Shown here: in pieces, positions 15,302-22,471 of the stretch
Position numbering within the stretch: the stretch's first letter is position 1
Layout: every line of letters begins with the position of its first letter
Assembly (NCBI GenBank): GCA_030535815.1
Contig: JAUNRD010000001.1
Coordinates: 1 to 24,826 of the forward strand
From: Clostridia bacterium
Lineage (GTDB): Bacteria > Bacillota > Clostridia > CAKSNL01 > HGM11501
Direction: 5' to 3'
DNA: 24,826 bases
Notes under the pieces: generated by a model
What the model saw: only the letters and a program-made list of their open reading frames with translations
What the model was told of the DNA's origin: nothing
The model's database searches: none
Translations under genes and position numbers: made by a program

Positions 15302-17218
15302 ATGGGTAAATTTGCATTGGAATGTCCTAAATGCGGAAGCTTAAATACAGCATCAACATTTTTTCTGGCAAGAAAGGTGATTCAGTGCGGAACTTGCGGA
15401 GATGAAATAAATGTCGGACAGTCCCGAATGATTTCAAAAAGATGTTCAAAGTGCGGAAAAGTAGTTGTATGCGACCAGGCAAAAATGCGCAATAAAAAGT
15501 GCCCTTCCTGTGGTGAAGCGTTTGGAATTTCGAATGCAACTGCTGAATATGCACTGGCGACAATCAGCTGTCCTCAGTGTTCTTGTCAGATTGAGGTAAA
15601 CAAGAAACAGGAAACCGAAACATGTCCTGTATGTGACAGAATTATAAACGTAAAAGAGGCTATTGCAAAGGCGGATTTGGTGTCTCCTGACGGTATAAGC
15701 GTAATTAAATACGAGGGAGATAACAGCACATTTATCTGGAAGCATCCCATAGAAGATTTTAACATGGGCTCCCAGCTTATAGTACATGAATCCCAGGAGG
15801 CTATATTCTTCCTTAACGGAGAAGCACTGGATACTTTCGGACCCGGAAGACATACACTGGAAACCGAAAATCTTCCTGTACTCAAAAGAACATTTAAGCT
15901 CCCTACAGGCGCGCAGAATCCCTTCCATGCGGAAGTTTATTTCATAAACAAAACCGTTCAGATGGGCGTTAAATGGGGAACCGATTCAAGAGTAAGATTC
16001 ATAGAACCCAATACAGGAATCCCTATGGATATCGGAGCCTCCGGTGAAATGAACCTTCAGGTTTCTGATGGAAGAAAGCTTCTTATAAAGCTGGTGGGAA
16101 CAACTAATGGCTTATCCCGTGGTGGCATAGGAGCTGTTGTGGGAAGTGAATCTGCCGGAACGCCCAAGAATCATATGGAGGCAGAAGAATATAATAACGG
16201 CTGGACAAATACTCTTAACGGAATGTTCAGACCTCTTATCAGAACTACGGTAAAGACACATCTTGCAACTGCCATCAAGGCGCAGAATATAAATATTCTT
16301 GAAATTGATGAACATCTTGAAGCTTTGTCAGCCACATTAAGGGAGAAAATCTCGGAAGGCTTTGAGGAATACGGTCTCACAGTACCTCAGTTTTATGTAA
16401 CTAATGTTTCGTTGCCTGAAGGTGGACCCCTTGACAAAATCAGAAATTTACTTGCGGCTTCTTATCTCGGTGTGCGTGAGGCTGAGGTTAAAGCAGATAT
16501 TACTGCGGCAGAACGTAAGATAAGCATTGAGAAGGCAATAACCGAGACAGAGCTTGCGAAATTTGAGGCAGAAAGAACACGTATTGCTGCGCAGGCTGAA
16601 GCGGATAAGAGGAAATATGAAGGCTTTGCCGAAGCAGAAGTAATGGCGGCTCAGGGATACAGCCAGAAGGATGTATTGCAGACCGAAGTGCAGAAGGCTT
16701 ATGCCGAAGGTATCGGAAACATGGGCGGCTCAGGCGGCGGCAGCGGCGTTGCGACCGATGTGATGGGTCTTGGTTTAGGACTTGCGGCAGCAGGCGCACT
16801 GGGCGGTCAGGTTGGCGACGCTCTCAAGGGCTTTTCGCCAACTGCCAATTCAAGTGCACCGGGGGCTGCACCCGTATCGGATGGCTGGGATTGTAGCTGC
16901 GGAGCTAAAGGCATAAAAGGAAAGTTCTGTTCCGAATGCGGAGCACCCAAGCCTGAAGTGTGGGATTGTCCTTCCTGCGGAGCAAAGGGTATAAAAGGAA
17001 AGTTCTGTTCCGAGTGCGGTACTCCCAAGCCCGAAGCATGGGATTGTCCTTCCTGCGGAGCTAAAGGAAATAAAGGTAAGTTCTGCTCTGAGTGCGGAAA
17101 GCCGAAAGATGCAGCAGGCAAAGAGGTAAATGAACAGGCCTGGGACTGCAGCTGCGGAGCCAAGGGCATAACAGGAAAATTCTGCTATGAATGCGGAGCA
17201 AAAAAGGAGGATAATTAA
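15302..17218 (+). CDS. SPFH/Band-7 (YdjI-like) protein with 3 N-terminal Zn ribbons, coiled coil, Gly-rich segment and 4 C-terminal Cys4 repeats
   Basis: Core WKHPIEDFNMGSQLIVHESQEAIFFLNG...GPGRHTLETENLP...EVYFIN...KWGT. Six N-terminal CxxC pairs, an Ala/Glu-rich coil, WDC..CG..KFC.ECG repeats. GGGGG SD before ATG 15302 (638 aa). Confidence 0.85.
   Translation: MGKFALECPKCGSLNTASTFFLARKVIQCGTCGDEINVGQSRMISKRCSKCGKVVVCDQAKMRNKKCPSCGEAFGISNATAEYALATISCPQCSCQIEVNKKQETETCPVCDRIINVKEAIAKADLVSPDGISVIKYEGDNSTFIWKHPIEDFNMGSQLIVHESQEAIFFLNGEALDTFGPGRHTLETENLPVLKRTFKLPTGAQNPFHAEVYFINKTVQMGVKWGTDSRVRFIEPNTGIPMDIGASGEMNLQVSDGRKLLIKLVGTTNGLSRGGIGAVVGSESAGTPKNHMEAEEYNNGWTNTLNGMFRPLIRTTVKTHLATAIKAQNINILEIDEHLEALSATLREKISEGFEEYGLTVPQFYVTNVSLPEGGPLDKIRNLLAASYLGVREAEVKADITAAERKISIEKAITETELAKFEAERTRIAAQAEADKRKYEGFAEAEVMAAQGYSQKDVLQTEVQKAYAEGIGNMGGSGGGSGVATDVMGLGLGLAAAGALGGQVGDALKGFSPTANSSAPGAAPVSDGWDCSCGAKGIKGKFCSECGAPKPEVWDCPSCGAKGIKGKFCSECGTPKPEAWDCPSCGAKGNKGKFCSECGKPKDAAGKEVNEQAWDCSCGAKGITGKFCYECGAKKEDN
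16886..17218 (+). repeat. Four in-frame tandem coding repeats (75, 78, 102 and 78 nt units) encoding W-D-C-x1-2-C-G-x6-K-F-C-x2-C-G
   Basis: Units start at 16886, 16961, 17039 and 17141, with high DNA similarity and mostly synonymous differences. Confidence 0.95.
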
Positions 17219-17220
17219 TC

Positions 17221-17934
17221 ATGAACGGAACAAAATCTTCTAATAATATCAATAATCTGGCAATTATTATCGGTTTGGTTTTTGTGGCATATAATGCCGT
17301 GGTTTTTGCCCTTTGCGGATTTGCTGATCATAATGCATCTTTTTGGATTTCAATAGTATTTGCGAATGTTTCTTTGATTTCTGTAACAGTATGCGCTTTT
17401 CTGCTCAAAGGAAAAAAACTTGAGCCCAGAGACTGGATGATGGGATACCCCTTTTACAGACACGGAATAATTTATGTAATTACCGAATTGGTTTTGTCTG
17501 TAATATTTATGGTAACAGATAAACAGGGATTGCCGTGGTCAATAGCGTTTGTGGTTCAGTTTATTGTTATGATAGTTTTCGGAATTATTATAATAACCTG
17601 CTTTATGGCTAAAGATACCATAGAGGAAGTGCGGGAAAAGGTAAAGGTAAATACTGCTTTTATGAAAATGCTTTTGGTAGATGCTGATATGCTTGTGGAG
17701 CAAACAGAAGCTCCTGAACTTAAAAAGGTATTTTCCGAATTACGCGACCAGATAAGATATAGTGATCCTGTAAGCAACGAACAGCTTGCAGACCTTGAAG
17801 GAAGACTGGCATCTCAGGTTGATACCATAAAGGTCAACATGACGTGCGGAAATACAGAGGGAGCATTGGACAGCTGCAAACAGGCAATGCTTCTGCTCAG
17901 TGAACGTAACAGAAAATGTAAGTTGCTCAAATAA
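17221..17934 (+). CDS. Uncharacterised membrane protein: 4 predicted TM helices plus a C-terminal helical domain
   Basis: Four hydrophobic segments in the first ~130 aa, then an amphipathic helical region with IRYSDPVS. AAGGAGG SD; 2 nt after the SPFH stop. Confidence 0.8.
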   Translation: MNGTKSSNNINNLAIIIGLVFVAYNAVVFALCGFADHNASFWISIVFANVSLISVTVCAFLLKGKKLEPRDWMMGYPFYRHGIIYVITELVLSVIFMVTDKQGLPWSIAFVVQFIVMIVFGIIIITCFMAKDTIEEVREKVKVNTAFMKMLLVDADMLVEQTEAPELKKVFSELRDQIRYSDPVSNEQLADLEGRLASQVDTIKVNMTCGNTEGALDSCKQAMLLLSERNRKCKLLK

Positions 17935-17998
17935 ATGAGAGAAACTGCTCATTTAATAAGCAGATATGAAATTAAAAACGATCCCGCCATATTGATTT

Positions 17999-18370
17999 AT
18001 GGCGGGATTAGGCTTATTCATTGCATATATTTTACTGGAGGATGAGGAAATGGTAGTGGTTGTAATAGCGGTTATCTGTGCGATAGCGGCGGTGATGATA
18101 TACGTTGTAAATAATAAGTCGGCAAAGGATAATGCTGTGCAGAGTGCAGAAATCGGACATATGGAAACTGAAAACGCAAATATCATACATAAGTCGGCAA
18201 CAGATTATATAAATGCGGCTAAAAGCGTGTGCGATAAAGAAGAAAACTTATCGCAATATGCTGCTAAGAGCAATGCGGCAAAGGCAGAAAATGATGCAAA
18301 GACAGCGCTTGAGGCCTGTGCCAGAGAGAAAGACAAACTTAAAGAATTGCTCGGCACATTGAACGTATAA
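17999..18370 (+). CDS. Small membrane-anchored helical protein (start uncertain: 17999, 18050, or frameshifted from 17935)
   Basis: Hydrophobic MVVVVIAVICAIAAVMIYVV followed by an Ala/Lys-rich helical region; co-oriented between the cassette genes. Confidence 0.55.
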   Translation: MAGLGLFIAYILLEDEEMVVVVIAVICAIAAVMIYVVNNKSAKDNAVQSAEIGHMETENANIIHKSATDYINAAKSVCDKEENLSQYAAKSNAAKAENDAKTALEACAREKDKLKELLGTLNV

Positions 18371-18396
18371 GAATTTTGTAAAATGGGGGATTTAAC

Positions 18397-20217
18397 ATGG
18401 GGGTAGTACATTGTAAAATGTGCGGAGGCGCATTAAATATAGTTGAAAATGTAAGCGTGGTCACGTGCGAATTCTGCGATACGCAACAGACTATACCGAC
18501 CGTAGATGATGAAAAAATAGCACAGCTTTTCGAGCGTGCAAATTATTACCGCTTGAATAATGAGTTTGACAAAGCGGCTGTTATATACGAAAATATAGTT
18601 GGCGAAAAAAACAATGAAGCGGAAGCATACTGGGGAATGTGCCTTTGTAAGTACGGAATTGAGTATGTGCTTGATGAAAAGACAAATAGAAGAATACCCA
18701 CCTGTCACCGTACACAGTTCAAATCAATTCTCGAAGACACGGACTATAAAAAGGCAATAGAAAACTCGGACCTTTTATCAAAGCGTGTGTATGAAGAAGA
18801 AGCTTCGTATATTGACAGCGTACAGAAGGGCATTTTATCAATATCTTCAAAAGAGGAACCCTTTGATATATTTATCTGTTATAAAGAAACGGGAGAAAAT
18901 AATCAGAGAACGATTGACAGCGTGCTGGCGCAGGATATATATACAAAGCTTACCGACGAAGGCTATAAAGTGTTTTTTGCCAGAATAACACTTGAAGACA
19001 AGCTGGGAAAAGCGTATGAACCTTATATTTTCGCTGCACTTAACAGTGCAAAAGTAATGTTGGTTGTAGGCACAAAACCGGAACATTTCAATGCCGTATG
19101 GGTAAAAAATGAATGGAGCAGATATGTTGAGCTCATCGAACACGGAAAAGATGTTGCACTTATTCCGTGCTATAAAGATATGAACCCCTATGAATTGCCC
19201 GTGGAGTTTGCGGCATTGCAGGCGCAGGACATGGGTAAAGTGGGCGCTATGCAGGACCTTATCAGAGGGATAAAGAAAATCCACAATATTAAAGCAACAA
19301 ATGAGTCTGATAATGCAGGAGTAAAAAGCGAAATTGACATAAGCAATCTTATGAGCGGAAATGCAGGCTCTGTTCTGAAAAGAGGATATATTTATCTTGG
19401 AGAAGGAGATTTTGCAAGAGCGAAAGAATGTTTTGAGAAAAGTCTTTATATGAGTCCTGAATTGGGTGCGGCTTACTGGGGTATTGTACTGGCTATGGCA
19501 AAGTGCAAGAGCAATGACGATATGATTTCACGGGGAAGAGCCATCCCCAACAGCTCGGCATATAAGAGTGCCATGGGCTTTGCTACCCCTGAAGAGAAGG
19601 TAGAATACGATAGGGTTAAAGATGGAATCGTAAAGACTGTAGTGGGCACCATAAATAAGCTGCAGGCGAAAAAAGCTGAAGCTATAATAAAGAGCGGGGC
19701 TAAGGAAGCGCTGGCTAAAAGTGAGGCGTTTGTTGCGGGTGCGGCAAAAGAAATCCAGGATGGAATTAAGCGACTTAAGGAGATAGAAGCAGAACTGGCA
19801 AATTGCATTGAAACGTGTAAAGCAATGAATTCAGAAGCAATACAGAGTATAAAAAGGGACTTGGCTGTTGCAATAAAAATCAGAACAACCGTGGAAAGCA
19901 ACATGAAAATTGCTACCGGTGATTTGCAGGTATATAAAGACGAGTTTGAAAAATATGCCTCACAGATGAAAAACAGCGTTGAAAAAATAGCACAGAATAA
20001 AAAAGAACCGGCTTTTTCCAAGCTTTTTGCATTGACTGAAGAACAGACAAAAATCAGCGTTAGACTTTCGGACGGAATCCCCAAGGAAGCGTACGGATAT
20101 GAAAGACGTCTTTCTGATTTGGTGGAAGAGGTAGGGGAAATAGCGGAAAAATATAATAAAGCTATTAACGATGTCAAGACTGGAAATTATGATCTTGCAA
20201 AAGAGCTTCTCGGATAA
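18397..20217 (+). CDS. TIR-domain protein: Zn ribbon - TPR - TIR - TPR - coiled coil
   Basis: CKMCGG...CEFCD ribbon. TIR segment FDIFICYKE...LAQDIYTKLTDEGYKVFF...ALNSAKVMLVVGT...WVKNEW. Two TPR-like units ending in AYWG. Long helical C-terminus. Confidence 0.87.
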   Translation: MGVVHCKMCGGALNIVENVSVVTCEFCDTQQTIPTVDDEKIAQLFERANYYRLNNEFDKAAVIYENIVGEKNNEAEAYWGMCLCKYGIEYVLDEKTNRRIPTCHRTQFKSILEDTDYKKAIENSDLLSKRVYEEEASYIDSVQKGILSISSKEEPFDIFICYKETGENNQRTIDSVLAQDIYTKLTDEGYKVFFARITLEDKLGKAYEPYIFAALNSAKVMLVVGTKPEHFNAVWVKNEWSRYVELIEHGKDVALIPCYKDMNPYELPVEFAALQAQDMGKVGAMQDLIRGIKKIHNIKATNESDNAGVKSEIDISNLMSGNAGSVLKRGYIYLGEGDFARAKECFEKSLYMSPELGAAYWGIVLAMAKCKSNDDMISRGRAIPNSSAYKSAMGFATPEEKVEYDRVKDGIVKTVVGTINKLQAKKAEAIIKSGAKEALAKSEAFVAGAAKEIQDGIKRLKEIEAELANCIETCKAMNSEAIQSIKRDLAVAIKIRTTVESNMKIATGDLQVYKDEFEKYASQMKNSVEKIAQNKKEPAFSKLFALTEEQTKISVRLSDGIPKEAYGYERRLSDLVEEVGEIAEKYNKAINDVKTGNYDLAKELLG

Positions 20218-20255
20218 ATTAATTGCAGGGTCGGCGGTAAGATGATTTCATAAAT

Positions 20256-20300
20256 AAAAAAGCCTGTGAGCAACAGAATTCTGTGCTCACAGGCTTTTTT
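20256..20300. terminator. Bidirectional terminator between the TIR gene and cimA
   Basis: AAAAAAGCCTGTGAGCA / TGCTCACAGGCTTTTTT 17-bp stem enclosing the palindrome CAGAATTCTG. Confidence 0.9.
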
Positions 20301-21865
20301 TACTTATGGTTTTTAATCAGATAATATTCAAGAGAATCAAGAAGCGCTTCTTTTGATGCCATGATTATGTCTTTGGAAACGCCGATGGTTGTCCATGAAT
20401 CAAGACCGTCGGAAGATTCTATCATAACACGAACCAGAGCTTCTGTTGCAGCGCCCGAATCAATTACTCTGACCTTGTAGTCGGTAAGCTTTACCTTCGA
20501 TATTTCGGGATAGAATTTTTCAAGGGCTTTTCTGAGAGCGGTGTCCATGGCGTTGACGGGACCGGAATTTGAGTCACTGGCGGAAATTTCCGAATCGGCA
20601 TCGGCAAAAACTTTTATATATGCCGAGGAATAACCGTCGGTATCACGCTCAGCATCCTGCTCAATTAAAAGGCGGAGACGATCAATGTCAAAGAAGGGCT
20701 TGTCATAAAGCCCTAAGGCCTTTCTTATCTCAAGCTCGAAGGAAGCAAGAGCACCTTCAAACTGATATCCTTTGTATTCCAGTTCCTTCAGGCGTTCCAC
20801 CACCTTTGTAACTTCGGGTGAATCCTTGTCTATGCCGGGAATGATCTTACGCATCATGGCGTAAGCTGCGCTTTTTCCTGCAACTTCACTTATCAGAAAG
20901 CTCCTGTCATTTCCCACAAATTCCGGATCTATGTGCTCAAAGGAAGCGGGGTTTTTCATAACACCGTCTATATGGGTGCCTGCCTTGTGGGAAAAAGCAT
21001 TTCTGCCCACATAAGGCAAATCTCTCATACTTAAGTTGGAAATATCGGCAATTGCACGGCAGGTATAGGTAAGGCTTGAAATATCAGGGACGATGTCATA
21101 ATTTTTCTTTAACTGCAGGTTTGCGATTACAGCTGATAAATTGGCGTTTCCGCAACGTTCTCCCGTTCCTATCATGGTGCCCTGAATGTGAGCAGCTCCG
21201 CCGTAAACGGAAAAAATACTGTTGGAAATTGCCATACCTGTATCATTATGAGCGTGTATACCGATGGTGCATGGAAGGAGCGATAAAACCTTTTCGGTTA
21301 TCTCCTTTATTTCGTCAGGGAAGCAACCACCGTTGGTGTCACAAAGGCAAACGGTATCTGCCCCGGCATCGGAAGCCGCCTTTATTGTCTTTATTGCGTA
21401 GTCGGGATTTTCCTTGTAGCCGTCAAAGAAATGTTCGGCATCGAAAATAACCTCTTTGCCGGAATCCTTCAGGAATCTGACTGAATCGGAAATCATTGAA
21501 AGATTTTCTGTAAGATCGGTTTTGAGAACTTCTTTCACATGAAGGTCCCATGTCTTTCCGAAAATTACGCAAACGTCTGTCCCGGAATCGCGAAGAGTGC
21601 AAAGCGCCTTATCTTCTGAAGGTTTTATGCCGGAATGCCTTGTGGCTCCAAAGCAGGCGATTTTTGAGTTTTTCAGCTTAAGCTTTTTGATCTCTCTGAA
21701 AAGTTCTTCATCTTTCAATGAATAGGCGGGGTTTCCCACTTCGATATAAGTTACTCCGAAATCGTCAAGGAGCTTTATTATTTTAAGCTTGTCGTTGACG
21801 GAATAGGACACTTTTACGCCCTGACATCCGTCGCGGAGGGTTGTATCAAGAACAGATAACTTCAA
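20300..21865 (-). CDS. cimA: Citramalate synthase (DRE-TIM metallolyase, LeuA/CimA family)
   Basis: LDTTLRDG, FDAEHFFDGYK, LCDTNGG, HAHND, GERCGNANL, PYVG..AFSHKAG; C-terminal regulatory domain GPVNAMD...LTDYKVRV. TTG start with AAAGGA SD. Confidence 0.88.
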   Translation of the reverse strand: MKLSVLDTTLRDGCQGVKVSYSVNDKLKIIKLLDDFGVTYIEVGNPAYSLKDEELFREIKKLKLKNSKIACFGATRHSGIKPSEDKALCTLRDSGTDVCVIFGKTWDLHVKEVLKTDLTENLSMISDSVRFLKDSGKEVIFDAEHFFDGYKENPDYAIKTIKAASDAGADTVCLCDTNGGCFPDEIKEITEKVLSLLPCTIGIHAHNDTGMAISNSIFSVYGGAAHIQGTMIGTGERCGNANLSAVIANLQLKKNYDIVPDISSLTYTCRAIADISNLSMRDLPYVGRNAFSHKAGTHIDGVMKNPASFEHIDPEFVGNDRSFLISEVAGKSAAYAMMRKIIPGIDKDSPEVTKVVERLKELEYKGYQFEGALASFELEIRKALGLYDKPFFDIDRLRLLIEQDAERDTDGYSSAYIKVFADADSEISASDSNSGPVNAMDTALRKALEKFYPEISKVKLTDYKVRVIDSGAATEALVRVMIESSDGLDSWTTIGVSKDIIMASKEALLDSLEYYLIKNHK

Positions 21866-21879
21866 AAAAATCAGTCCTT

Positions 21880-22329
21880 TCAGAACAGCTTTTTGCTGTC
21901 CAGTAATATGGTTACGGGGCCATCGTTAAGGAGGGAAATTTTCATATCTGCACCGAAAACTCCGCTTTCAACAGTAAGGCCTGCTTCACGTAACTTTTCC
22001 TTGTATTTTTCAAAATATGCTTCGCCGATATCGGGTGCGGCGGCAGTAATGAAAGCGGGACGGTTGCCTTTTCTGACATCCCCGTATAAAGTGAATTGAG
22101 AAATGGCAAGCACGCTTCCGCCCACGTCGGAAAGAGAAAGGTTCATTTTCTCATTTTCGTCCTCAAAAATGCGAAGCCCCAGAGTTTTCTTTACAATATA
22201 TTCAAGGTCAGAGTCATTATCCTCTTCTCCTACGCCGAGGAAAACGAGAAATCCCTTTTCTATCTCGCCTGTTATATTGCCGTCAACACGGCAGGAGGCA
22301 GAGCTTACACGCTGTATAACTGCACGCAT
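21880..22329 (-). CDS. dtd: D-aminoacyl-tRNA deacylase
   Basis: MRAVIQRV, LRIFEDENEKMNLS, SQFTL, GNRP, FGADM, NDGPVT. Confidence 0.97.
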   Translation of the reverse strand: MRAVIQRVSSASCRVDGNITGEIEKGFLVFLGVGEEDNDSDLEYIVKKTLGLRIFEDENEKMNLSLSDVGGSVLAISQFTLYGDVRKGNRPAFITAAAPDIGEAYFEKYKEKLREAGLTVESGVFGADMKISLLNDGPVTILLDSKKLF

Positions 22330-22373
22330 AATAATCTTCCTTTCGAAACGAATTGAAAATTTCCTTATTTTAC

Positions 22374-22402
22374 ATTATACAATATAAAATGTTTTTTTTC
22401 AA
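22374..22402 (-). promoter_or_regulatory. sigmaA promoter for dtd-cimA
   Basis: Minus strand TTGAAA-N17-TATAAT. Confidence 0.7.
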
Positions 22403-22409
22403 GACGCTA

Positions 22410-22439
22410 TTTACAATTGGGTGGATTTTGTGATATACT
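22410..22439 (+). promoter_or_regulatory. Putative sigmaA promoter for the DUF3048 gene
   Basis: TTTACA-N18-TATACT with TG extended -10; divergent from the dtd promoter. Confidence 0.55.
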
Positions 22440-22471
22440 GTATAAAAACGCATAAAAGAAAGGAAATTGCC

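Noticed and set aside
16886-17218. Regularly spaced repeats as a possible CRISPR array
   Set aside because: Units are in-frame multiples of 3, vary mainly at synonymous positions, have no unique spacers, and no cas genes are nearby.
17966-18010. In-frame TGA as selenocysteine or Trp recoding (genetic code 4)
   Set aside because: livF, feoB and dtd end in TGA, so the code is standard. The hairpin encloses the TGA rather than following it as a bacterial SECIS would, and the context is not a redox motif.
19473-20177. 234-aa minus-strand ORF opposite the TIR gene (possible antitoxin)
   Set aside because: Ser/Phe/Ile-rich composition is what the reverse complement of a Lys/Glu-rich coiled coil produces; no promoter or SD support.
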